Part shown: positions 25,835 through 33,311 of the stretch, one piece after another
How the letters are laid out: each line of letters opens with the position of its first letter
Numbering within the stretch: position 1 is the stretch's first letter
From: a virus
Lineage: Duplodnaviria; Caudoviricetes
Virus record (IMG/VR): IMGVR_UViG_3300012682_000009
Span: 1-39,508 of that record
Reading direction: 5' to 3' (one strand)
Length of the DNA: 39,508 bases
The notes under the pieces: generated by a model
Databases searched by the model: none
What the model was told of the DNA's origin: nothing
What the model saw: only the letters and a program-made list of their open reading frames with translations
Made by a program: the position numbers and the translations under genes

Positions 25835-26037
25835 GGGCTCGGCCTCTGCTCGTTCTCCCACTGCACCTGGCATCCGCCGAGGCAGTAGCAGCACCCGCCG
25901 CATCCCTGCATGCCGGCCCTGCCACACCCGCCGTAGGCGCATGGTCCGGCGCACGCTCCCTCAGCGTTCAGAGCGGCTGGAACCGCCGCCCGTGTGGCTT
26001 CGGCTCCGGCACGGGCGGCGGAGCTCAAGGCGGTCAC
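25831..26037 (-). CDS. Cys/Gly-rich hypothetical protein (68 aa)
   Basis: CAGPCAYGGC...GCGGCCYCLGGC; overlap-coupled. Confidence 0.55.
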   Translation of the reverse strand: MTALSSAARAGAEATRAAVPAALNAEGACAGPCAYGGCGRAGMQGCGGCCYCLGGCQVQWENEQRPSP

Positions 26038-26303
26038 GACGGGCCGCCAGTAGGCCAGGGGGCGAGCGAGAGCGCGACGAACTTTTCGCGCAGACCCCAC
26101 CGCTCGCCACACAAGACGTGGGTCACAAGGCGCTCGCATGAGCGGCCGGTGAAGTCGCGGAGAAGGACGTCCCACTCGCGCAGGACGAGAACGTCCCCGA
26201 CGCTAAAGCCACGGTCGTCGAGTCGTATCTCGACGGTCTTGACGCCCGACGCGACAGCCTCCCAAAACGGAGGCCACGTCTTTAGCGTGTGAATGCTCAC
26301 CAC
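26034..26303 (-). CDS. ASCH/PUA-like (DUF3850-like) protein
   Basis: HTLKTWPPFWEAVASGVKTVEIRLDDRGFSVGDVLVLREW. Confidence 0.85.
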   Translation of the reverse strand: MVSIHTLKTWPPFWEAVASGVKTVEIRLDDRGFSVGDVLVLREWDVLLRDFTGRSCERLVTHVLCGERWGLREKFVALSLAPWPTGGPS

Positions 26304-26431
26304 TCCACCCCCGCCCGGTCAGCGTCAACGGCTGCGCTCAAGCAGATGACGAGGCTGGACGTGAGCACTAGGGCGGCGCAGGCCAGGATGGCGCCGACCG
26401 GATGGCGGGCCAAAAACTCGATGACGGTCAT
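26297..26431 (-). CDS. Small membrane protein (44 aa)
   Basis: MTVIEFLARHPVGAILACAALVLTSSLVICLSAAV; overlap-coupled. Confidence 0.55.
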   Translation of the reverse strand: MTVIEFLARHPVGAILACAALVLTSSLVICLSAAVDADRAGVEW

Positions 26432-26676
26432 GCGGTGCCGCCCGCGGGTGTAGCGATCACGTCGCCCGGGTTGCTGCCCCACGTTTGAGCGGTCAGTTCC
26501 ACGATGTCGAGATGCGGGATCAGATCGCGCATGTCAGGGCGACCGCCCTTCGCGTCACGCTCACGGAGCCCGGCCAGTTCCTTCTCGGCCCATTCCCGCG
26601 TCGTCCCCGCAACAGCCATGCCACAGCGCTCGCCGGTCCGGCGGTCATAGAAGGCCCACGCACGACGGGCGCTCAT
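26428..26676 (-). CDS. Hypothetical protein (82 aa)
   Basis: ATGA overlaps both ends. Confidence 0.6.
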   Translation of the reverse strand: MSARRAWAFYDRRTGERCGMAVAGTTREWAEKELAGLRERDAKGGRPDMRDLIPHLDIVELTAQTWGSNPGDVIATPAGGTA

Positions 26677-26813
26677 CGCTGGTACTCCCGGTCGAGCAGT
26701 GTCAACGACCAGCCGAGCCCGAACGCACCCAAGAACAGGAGCACGACGTACGGGTGGATGCCGACCGCGAGCAGGATGAGGGTGAGGAGGCCAGCGACAG
26801 CCAGCGGGGTCAT
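26673..26813 (-). CDS. Small membrane protein (46 aa)
   Basis: MTPLAVAGLLTLILLAVGIHPYVVLLFLGAFGLGWSLTLL; overlap-coupled. Confidence 0.55.
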   Translation of the reverse strand: MTPLAVAGLLTLILLAVGIHPYVVLLFLGAFGLGWSLTLLDREYQR

Positions 26814-26995
26814 GGGGTGCCGCCGGAGTCCGGTCGGTGATCGAACCAAGCGGGCATCCCCAGCAGTAGCGCGGACAGACGTCGCCGATACACCCGGGAC
26901 TGCCAGCCGCACGCGACGCAAGCGATCCAGCGCTCCCCGCCGAATCCGAGTAGGTGTCCGCGGCCTTGCCGCGTCCAGACGCAACGCTCGCTCAC
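26810..26995 (-). CDS. Small Zn-binding hypothetical protein
   Basis: GTG 26995 after GGAGGAG; GH...CVACGW...H. Confidence 0.55.
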   Translation of the reverse strand: MSERCVWTRQGRGHLLGFGGERWIACVACGWQSRVYRRRLSALLLGMPAWFDHRPDSGGTP

Positions 26996-27138
26996 CGCTC
27001 CTCCCTCGCTGTCCATGACCGCCCGGTGTGCACCCGATCCAACCCACGCTCGTGCGCCCCACGTATCTCACGCAACAGTGCGGGGAGGAGCCAGGCGAGG
27101 ACGGCGAGCAGGCTGATGATCCCGGCCGCGTGAGTCAT
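26992..27138 (-). CDS. Small membrane protein (48 aa)
   Basis: MTHAAGIISLLAVLAWLLPALLREIRG...; 4-bp overlaps on both sides. Confidence 0.55.
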   Translation of the reverse strand: MTHAAGIISLLAVLAWLLPALLREIRGAHERGLDRVHTGRSWTAREER

Positions 27139-27494
27139 GCGGTACCGCCCGTGTCAGAGTCGGCGGACAGTCGCCACGAGTAGTAGTCGCCCTCCCAGAT
27201 GACATCGACCTCTGTGCCGTTGTGCAACGGGAACGAGCCGGTGGGGTCACCGCTGTACGACAGGTGCAACGACTCGTCGTCGTTCTCGATCCACTCCACG
27301 GCGTTGCAGTAGTCGTTCGTCGAAGCGAGCAGGTGCGGGTGGTCCTCGCCGTACTCCTCGCAACCCTCTGGACAGGTCAGGCGACACGATGCGCCTTCGG
27401 GCGACTGACACTCGATGCTCAGCGCCACGTCCGCTTCGTCGCAGTTCTTCTCGAGTCGGACGCTGAGGTAGTGCTTCTGCTCGGGCCGCGTCAC
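27135..27494 (-). CDS. Hypothetical Cys-containing protein (119 aa)
   Basis: Overlap-coupled ORF in early operon. Confidence 0.65.
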   Translation of the reverse strand: MTRPEQKHYLSVRLEKNCDEADVALSIECQSPEGASCRLTCPEGCEEYGEDHPHLLASTNDYCNAVEWIENDDESLHLSYSGDPTGSFPLHNGTEVDVIWEGDYYSWRLSADSDTGGTA

Positions 27495-27694
27495 GTCGCA
27501 CCCCGGATCTCAGCGTCGGTCAGCCCGCTGCGTTCCACCTGGCACGGCCGGCAGGAGCAGTCCGACGGATGCCAGTCGCCCAACGACAGGGAGTGCAAGC
27601 GGGCGCTACGAGCCTCATCACGGTCAGAGTCGACGAGGCCGGCGTCCGACCATCCGTAGACGGCAGGATCACCACCACCGGCACGGGCGGTCAC
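27491..27694 (-). CDS. Hypothetical protein (67 aa)
   Basis: GTGA-coupled; HPSDCSCRPC motif. Confidence 0.5.
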   Translation of the reverse strand: MTARAGGGDPAVYGWSDAGLVDSDRDEARSARLHSLSLGDWHPSDCSCRPCQVERSGLTDAEIRGAT

Positions 27695-27861
27695 GACGGC
27701 CGGACCGTGAACGTGCCGCCCATCAGGACGATCGGCGTCCACGACATCCCGGTCCCCGCCGGGCGGACATCGACCTCGACGGCCCACTCTTCGTGGCGGA
27801 CGCAGACCTCGACGGCGCCGAGCTTCGAGGGAACGGTGACGATCACCGGCGGGGCGGTCAT
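27691..27861 (-). CDS. Hypothetical protein (56 aa)
   Basis: [26 protein letters not shown]...; 4-bp overlaps both sides. Confidence 0.5.
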   Translation of the reverse strand: MTAPPVIVTVPSKLGAVEVCVRHEEWAVEVDVRPAGTGMSWTPIVLMGGTFTVRPS

Positions 27862-28814
27862 GCCGGCACCGGAGCGAGCATCCGGCCGAACAGGTCGACG
27901 GCCTCGAGCTGCTGCTGGTCACGCAGTGCCCGGAGGGGGGCGAGGCTGTCGCTCGTCTCGTAGTGCGCGCTCACCGCCCGGTAGACGGCGTTGTAGACGG
28001 AGTCACGCCTGTCAGAGGCAGCGACAGCGGCAGCGGCAGCGGCAGCGACAGCGCCAGCGGCAGCGGCAGCGACAGCGACAGCGACAGCGTCAGCGGCAGC
28101 GACAGCGTCAGCGACAGCGGCAGCGCCAGCGGCAGCGACAGCGACAGCGTCAGCGTCAGCGACAGCGACAGCGACAGCGTCAGCGACAGCGCCAGCGGCA
28201 GCGGCAGCGACAGCGACAGCGTCAGCGCCAGCGACAGCGCCAGCGCCAGCGACAGCGCCAGCGGCAGCGACAGCGACAGCGTCAGCGTCAGCGCCAGCGA
28301 CAGCGCCAGCAGCGACAGCGGACTTCACCCCGATGCGCTGCATCTCCTCACGGATCTTCGACCGCAGATCCTTGCGGGCTTCGGTGCGTGCGAGCCACGT
28401 CGAAGCCCGGATCTTGACCTGGACGTCCCTGAGGTCCTGATCGGTGAGATCGACAGCGGCCTCCGACTGCGCGGCCAGGTCGTGCAGTTCGGCGAGGCGC
28501 AGCCACGCCGGCAGCCAGGCGCCCATGAGGGTCTTGCGCGCCATCTCAGCGCGGGCGCCGTCGAGCCCGTCACCGGCGGTGTTGAGCATCGCGGGCAGGA
28601 ATGCCTTGAGCTGCTGCCTCGGGTCGTCGGGCAGGCCGTCGTTCAGTCTGCGGCCGTAAGCGCCGAGCACCGGGCTGACGCACTTCGGGTGGTCCGTCCA
28701 GCGCTCACCTGCCAGGTAGGAAGCGACCTCGAGCAGACATGCACCGTCGGCGATGTTGTCGTGGGCGCCGGACTTCAACGTCAGGCTGTCGAGGTCGAGC
28801 GTCCGGGCGGTCAC
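27858..28814 (-). CDS. Hypothetical protein with ~100-aa (Ala-X)n tract
   Basis: Globular N-domain GAH...[27 protein letters not shown]...LND followed by low-complexity tract. Confidence 0.75.
   Translation of the reverse strand: MTARTLDLDSLTLKSGAHDNIADGACLLEVASYLAGERWTDHPKCVSPVLGAYGRRLNDGLPDDPRQQLKAFLPAMLNTAGDGLDGARAEMARKTLMGAWLPAWLRLAELHDLAAQSEAAVDLTDQDLRDVQVKIRASTWLARTEARKDLRSKIREEMQRIGVKSAVAAGAVAGADADAVAVAAAGAVAGAGAVAGADAVAVAAAAAGAVADAVAVAVADADAVAVAAAGAAAVADAVAAADAVAVAVAAAAAGAVAAAAAAAVAASDRRDSVYNAVYRAVSAHYETSDSLAPLRALRDQQQLEAVDLFGRMLAPVPA
28019..28320. repeat. Hexanucleotide tandem repeat (CAGCGN), about 50 units
   Basis: Units invariant except one base; one 3-nt interruption near 28310. 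Confidence 0.95.
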
Positions 28815-29074
28815 GCCGACATCCGGGACAGTTCGGCCTGGCGGTCGGCTTCGGCCTCAGTCGTCGTTCGCAGGTCGCCCGGGTCGGCGTCCTCGCCGCC
28901 GAGGAAACGCGCGGCCTCCCGGAGCGCACCGATCAGCGCGTACGCCTGGTCCTCGCCGAGGACGACGAACTTCACGTCGCCGAGGACGATCGTCGGGTGC
29001 TTCCCGGGCCAGGTCTGTACCGTCGGCCGGTCGTCCCCGAGGGTGATTGTCGTGGTGACGTGCGTGATGCTCAT
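28811..29074 (-). CDS. Hypothetical protein (87 aa)
   Basis: AAAGGA RBS; GTGA overlap with next gene. Confidence 0.65.
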   Translation of the reverse strand: MSITHVTTTITLGDDRPTVQTWPGKHPTIVLGDVKFVVLGEDQAYALIGALREAARFLGGEDADPGDLRTTTEAEADRQAELSRMSA

Positions 29075-29117
29075 CTGCTGGTGGTCCTTTCGGTAGACTG
29101 ATCGGGCTGGTGATCGG

Positions 29118-29142
29118 CGGCCACCCCTAGCCGGGTGGCCGC
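29118..29142 (-). terminator. Intergenic hairpin
   Basis: GCGGCCACCC-CTAGCC-GGGTGGCCGC right after the stop at 29150. Confidence 0.4.
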
Positions 29143-29149
29143 ACGGGGT

Positions 29150-29647
29150 TTAGGCGGACAGGTCGATCTCATCGACGGAGCGACCCTCAGCGGCCCACGC
29201 CTCACGGGCAGTGGTGCAGTCCGGGTGCGCGCGCATCACGTCACGAACGGCCCGCAGCACCTGCTCACGCTCGCGGGACTCAGCCGTCTCGTTCATCACG
29301 GTGACTAGCTCGGCCTCGATGCCGGCGAGGTCGTAGGCCCACCAGTCGGCGCGCTGCAAACCGACGATGTCCCCGGAGCGCGAGTTACGAACCTGGCGAA
29401 CGCTGCTGCTGGTGACCTTGCGCTTACGCCCGTTCCGCAGGGTGACAGTGACGCTGTGCAGGTCCTTGTGTGCGTCGTTCAGTGCCTTGATGCACAGGCT
29501 GGTGACGGCCTGTTCAACCTTCGAACGCGCCCACGGGTCATCGCTGTCAAGCAGCTCGTCTGCCATCTGCCGGGCGAGGTCGGTGTGCGGCTGGTCCTCC
29601 ATCTGGTCGATGTAGCGGGACAGCAGGTTCTGCCAGGCGATGCTCAT
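29150..29647 (-). CDS. Hypothetical protein (165 aa)
   Basis: ATGA-coupled to upstream gene, GGAG RBS. Confidence 0.7.
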   Translation of the reverse strand: MSIAWQNLLSRYIDQMEDQPHTDLARQMADELLDSDDPWARSKVEQAVTSLCIKALNDAHKDLHSVTVTLRNGRKRKVTSSSVRQVRNSRSGDIVGLQRADWWAYDLAGIEAELVTVMNETAESREREQVLRAVRDVMRAHPDCTTAREAWAAEGRSVDEIDLSA

Positions 29648-30396
29648 CGGATGCTCCGAAGGTGGTTAGGGCGCAGTGCGTTGCGCACGTCGGTGCTCCA
29701 GGCCAGGAGCCGGTCGAGGAAGGCCAGGGCGCTGTCGCGCTGGTCGTCACTGAGGGCCGACGCGGTGCGCCTCGGGTCGAGGGAAAGCAGCCCCCGGTCC
29801 GTGCCGGTGATGCCGCGAAGGAGGTTCGCGGCGTAGGTGATGTCGCTGTCAGCAAGCGAGTCGTGGACCTCGCTGGTGAGGTCGGCGCTAGTCGGCCCCG
29901 GCTGCTGCTGCCAGTCCTCGACGGACAGCACCTCGCCTGTGACGCGGTCGGCGACGAAGTCCTCGACTGTGCGCTCGGTGGTGGTGTGCGTGATCCGGGC
30001 AGCCTCTGGCGACTGGGCAGGCTGGGGGCGGACTATGGAGCGGATAGCAGCGGCGGTCGGCTTGCCGGCGGTCTGCTCCTGCGCTTGCTGCCAGGTGTCG
30101 CGGAGCCGTTCGGGCTGGTCGAGCAGCGGAGCCAGTTCGCGGGCCTGCGCCTCGTTGGTGACCGGAACAACTGTTCCGACCGAGGCGGCGGCCATCAGGT
30201 TGCGCGCGTAACGGTCGGTCATGGCCCAGCGGTCCTGGCAGTAGGACTCGAACGTGTCGTGCTCGGCTCTGTACAGACGCTCATCGCGGATCGCCAGCAG
30301 CGCCCGGCCGACATCGAGGAAGGTCGACAGGCCGCGCTCGACGGATGCCTCGTGCTCCGCCAGCGTTGCTGCCTCAACGGGCGCGAGCGCGGTCAT
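29644..30396 (-). CDS. DUF3102-like helical DNA-binding protein
   Basis: ERGLSTFLDVGRALLAIRDERLYR...TFESYCQDRW...NEAQARELAPL...KPTAAAIR; ATG 30396 overlaps Cro stop. Confidence 0.65.
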   Translation of the reverse strand: MTALAPVEAATLAEHEASVERGLSTFLDVGRALLAIRDERLYRAEHDTFESYCQDRWAMTDRYARNLMAAASVGTVVPVTNEAQARELAPLLDQPERLRDTWQQAQEQTAGKPTAAAIRSIVRPQPAQSPEAARITHTTTERTVEDFVADRVTGEVLSVEDWQQQPGPTSADLTSEVHDSLADSDITYAANLLRGITGTDRGLLSLDPRRTASALSDDQRDSALAFLDRLLAWSTDVRNALRPNHLRSIR

Positions 30397-30605
30397 GCGG
30401 CCACGCCCTTGGACCCGATCCCGAGCCGTACGCAGTTGAGGCGGACCCATTCACGGCTGACCGTGAGTCCGTAGTCAGCGGCGACGACGACCGCGATCTG
30501 GTCGTAGGTCATCTGCTCTCGACGGCAGCGGGCGAGTAGTTCGCGTGCTCGGCCACCGGCAGCGATGTCCAGCAGTTGCCAGGTGGGGGGGGTTCGGTTC
30601 GGCAT
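30393..30605 (-). CDS. Cro-like HTH protein (70 aa)
   Basis: Divergent from repressor; MTYDQIA...LTVSREWVR; first gene of the early operon. Confidence 0.65.
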   Translation of the reverse strand: MPNRTPPTWQLLDIAAGGRARELLARCRREQMTYDQIAVVVAADYGLTVSREWVRLNCVRLGIGSKGVAA

Positions 30606-30681
30606 GTGGCAAACATTGCCACACCTGACAAGGTTTGGCAAACCTCTTGCGCGGCGTGTCTTCTAGGTGCACCATGCACTC
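30606..30681. promoter_or_regulatory. Divergent lysis/lysogeny promoters and two operators
   Basis: TGGCAA-ACA-TTGCCA (30607-30621) and TGACAA-GGT-TTGGCA (30626-30640); leftward TTGCCA-17-CAATGT-7-ATG; rightward TTGCGC-17-CACCAT-6-ATG. Confidence 0.7.
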
Positions 30682-30996
30682 ATGAGCGCAACTAAGTTGT
30701 CAGGTGGGGAACCGTCGGAGTTCGTCCGCTCAGTCGCAGCGGAAGTCAACGGTCAGATGGGTAGACGCGGCCGCATGTCTGCCGTCCGCCTCGCGAAAGC
30801 GTCAGGACTTCCCTACCGGACGCTAGTCAGGTGCCTGGGCGGTGCCCGCCCGTTCGCGGTAGACGAGCTGGAGAAGATCGCGGCCGTGTTGGACTGCTCC
30901 GTCTCTGACTTCGTGAGCCCACCCCCGCCAACCGGCACGCGCACTATCAGCCGGAAGTCACGCGATAGTCACCGTCACTTCGCCACCGCTGCGTGA
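30682..30996 (+). CDS. Immunity repressor (XRE HTH) with ssrA-like C-terminus
   Basis: MSAVRLAKASGLPYRTLVRCLGGARPFAVDELEKIAAVLDCSVSDF; Pro-rich tail ending FATAA. Confidence 0.85.
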   Translation: MSATKLSGGEPSEFVRSVAAEVNGQMGRRGRMSAVRLAKASGLPYRTLVRCLGGARPFAVDELEKIAAVLDCSVSDFVSPPPPTGTRTISRKSRDSHRHFATAA

Positions 30997-31095
30997 TGAT
31001 CACACCTATTGCCCTGCTCGTCATGATCATGACAGTGTGCGCGATCTTGCGCGCCTTGACCCGCCGCGTCCCCTCGCGCACCGAAAGCCGCCCTC

Positions 31096-31920
31096 ATGTT
31101 GATCACCTGCTACTTGAACCGTTTACGCCTGGCCGGCTACCGGCCGTCCACGATCACCGCGCGAGAATGCTGCCTGCGCGCCTACGAACGCTCGCTCGAA
31201 GTCCACCAGGCGACGGTGGAGGGTGCGACCCGGCTGCACGTCGAAGCGTTCCTCGCCCGCGACCTCGCCCCCGAATCCCGCCGGGCCTACGCCGGGCATC
31301 TACGCGGCCTGTACCGCTGGGCTGTTGAAGAAGGCCACCTGAGTAGCGACCCGACCGATCGGCTCCCGACCGTTCGTATCCCACGGGCCGTCCCCAGACC
31401 GATCGACCCCGACGACCTCAGGAAGGCGGTAGACACTGCCAGCCCACGGATGCGGGCGTGGCTGCTGCTCATGGCGATGCAAGGCTTCCGTTGCATCGAG
31501 GTCGCGGCGCTCCGACCTCAGGACGTGACCGTCACCGACACGGGTGGGGTGCTGTTCCTCAGGGAAACGAAAGGCGGCGGGACGGCGTCGATGCCAGCGC
31601 ACACCTCGGTCATCGCTGCCCTAGAACTACTGCCGCAACGGGACGGTCTGTGGTGGGAGTGCACCCGCCGGCACGTATCGGTGGAGGTCGCGGTCTACTT
31701 GCGGTCGTTGGGGATCGACGCGACAGGACATCAGCTTCGTCATTTCGCGGGTACGTCTTGGCTACGCGCGTCCGGCCACGACCTCCTGACCACCGCCCGG
31801 CTCCTGCGGCACGAGTCGGTGAAGACCACCCAGATTTATGCACAACTCAGCGCCGAGCGTCCCGCCGAAGTCATGGCTCTAACTCACGCACCGGGGCGTT
31901 CAACATTGAGGGCTGTATGA
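31096..31920 (+). CDS. int: Tyrosine integrase, short form without arm-binding domain
   Basis: GFRCIEV (R), TKGG (K), HQLRH, LLRHES, TQIY (Y); 274 aa; ends TLRAV. Confidence 0.93.
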   Translation: MLITCYLNRLRLAGYRPSTITARECCLRAYERSLEVHQATVEGATRLHVEAFLARDLAPESRRAYAGHLRGLYRWAVEEGHLSSDPTDRLPTVRIPRAVPRPIDPDDLRKAVDTASPRMRAWLLLMAMQGFRCIEVAALRPQDVTVTDTGGVLFLRETKGGGTASMPAHTSVIAALELLPQRDGLWWECTRRHVSVEVAVYLRSLGIDATGHQLRHFAGTSWLRASGHDLLTTARLLRHESVKTTQIYAQLSAERPAEVMALTHAPGRSTLRAV

Positions 31921-32473
31921 AGCTGGCGCTTGTGCGCGCCGCGTGCTCCGTTGCCGATGCCACTCGTTGTAGCACTCGCGGCATCGGCGCCTGCCTGTCT
32001 TTGACGTGATGACGTTGCCACCGACGAGATCATGGAGGTCGCGCACACATCTGTCCGTAGAGTGCGCGACGGCGTTAGCGTGGATGCCGCGCCGGAAGTT
32101 CGTAGCTTGGCACACCGGCTCTAAGTGATCCGGTCGGAAGCATCGCGTGTTTCGGCACAAATGGTCGATGACGAGTCCCTCGGGTATCGGCCCGATGTGC
32201 AACTCGTAGGAGACGCGGTGGACATACTGCCTTCGACCGCTTACCGACATCACTCCGTACCCGTTGCCGAGCACGGTTGCCAGTCCAGCGCCAGCAGCCA
32301 TCGTCAGTAATCTCGCGGCGGGACAGGAGCGTTGCCGCTCTGCGGGCAGGACTGATAGCCGCTCGGGCGTAGTCGTCCGAGGTGCTGCCGTGGCGGCGCA
32401 TTCGCAGCGTGTGCATGTTGCACATACTGCCGCGACGGTAGATCGGCTTTTGGCATTCATCTACGCTGCACAT
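31900..32473 (-). pseudogene. HNH homing endonuclease with one frameshift
   Basis: MCSVDEC...CNMH...DDGCWRWTG then frame change near 32276 to NGYG...VHRVSYELHIGPIPEGLVIDHLCRNTRCFRPDHLEPVCQATN; TAGAAT 6 nt before ATG. Confidence 0.85.
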
Positions 32474-32506
32474 GTTGGCATTCTAACAACACTCAGTATG
32501 CTAGGC

Positions 32507-32599
32507 CTGCTCCGCCACGCAGAGCTCGACCCGCGCCGTCCGGCCGAAGTGCTGGCTCTGACGCACGCGCCGGGCCGGTCGACGCTCCGGGCAGTGTGA
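32507..32599 (+). pseudogene. Second, displaced copy of the integrase 3' end
   Basis: Encodes LLRHAELDPRRPAEVLALTHAPGRSTLRAV*, 19/20 identical to the last 20 aa of Int. Confidence 0.9.
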
Positions 32600-32622
32600 T
32601 GGAAAGAAGTTGTGGCTACCTG

Positions 32623-32657
32623 TTGACGTGTCTAACACATGGGTATACGCTATACAC
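32623..32657 (+). promoter_or_regulatory. SigA-type leaderless promoter
   Basis: TTGACG-17 nt-TACGCT-6 nt-ATG 32658; overlapped by GTGTCTAACAC, GTATAC and CTATACAC motifs. Confidence 0.75.
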
Positions 32658-32903
32658 ATGCCCACAGAGACAGCCACCACAGCCACCACAGTCACCATCG
32701 CCGGCCAGACATGGACCGTCATCCACCGCAGCCGCTACTTCGTCGGCCTCATCAACGCTCGCGGCACCGCCCGCCAGCTCGTCCCGAACCTGACCACCGG
32801 GACCTGCGTCCTCACCGACATGATCGGCCGCCAGCACAAGAACCGGTTCGGCACCGCCGTTCGCTGCATGGTCGTCGGCGACGTCATCTGCGAGATCGCC
32901 TGA
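32658..32903 (+). CDS. Hypothetical beta-rich protein (81 aa)
   Basis: MPTETATTATTVTIAGQTWTVIH...; TGATG-coupled to next gene. Confidence 0.7.
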   Translation: MPTETATTATTVTIAGQTWTVIHRSRYFVGLINARGTARQLVPNLTTGTCVLTDMIGRQHKNRFGTAVRCMVVGDVICEIA

Positions 32904-33076
32904 TGACGGCGGCCGAGGCGGCCGAGCTGCGGGCCTGGCTCAAAGCCCGCGCCGACTCATACGGGCGAGACGCCGGCATCCTGCGCCGCGACGGAGACAC
33001 CGACAACGCACTCGTCTACGAAGCGATCAGGGATGAGTTGCGCGACGTAACGGCGCTGCTGGCCGGGGACTCCTGA
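32903..33076 (+). CDS. Hypothetical helical protein (57 aa)
   Basis: MTAAEAAELRAWLKARADSY...; TGATG overlaps both sides. Confidence 0.65.
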   Translation: MTAAEAAELRAWLKARADSYGRDAGILRRDGDTDNALVYEAIRDELRDVTALLAGDS

Positions 33077-33285
33077 TGCCCCGCACCTACCCGCCCCGGC
33101 GCACCCTGGTCGCGTTCCGGCTCGACCCGGAAGTGCTGGCGGATATCGACACGCTGGCCGAAGCGGAAGGTGTCGACCGTTCGGCGATGATCCGCAACTT
33201 CATAGTCGAAGCGATGGTGGCACGGGAGCGTAAGACAACGCCGAAACGCCGCCCCAGCTCGAGCCCGGGGGGACGGGCGAGCTGA
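33076..33285 (+). CDS. Ribbon-helix-helix (CopG-like) protein
   Basis: RTLVAFRLDPEVLADIDTLAEAEGVDRSAMIRNFIVEAM. Confidence 0.85.
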   Translation: MPRTYPPRRTLVAFRLDPEVLADIDTLAEAEGVDRSAMIRNFIVEAMVARERKTTPKRRPSSSPGGRAS

Positions 33286-33311
33286 GGCGGCGCGTAGAGG
33301 GGCGGCGGGGA

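Noticed and set aside
27569-29096. Plus-strand ORFs with (QR)n and Ser-Asp repeats resembling MSCRAMM SD tracts
   Set aside because: Alternative readings of the hexamer array; only the minus-strand frame has a globular domain and coupled neighbours.
31858-32599. Duplicated int end as a DGR TR/VR pair or attL/attR
   Set aside because: Differences are almost all synonymous, there is no reverse transcriptase, and nucleotide identity is too low for att cores.
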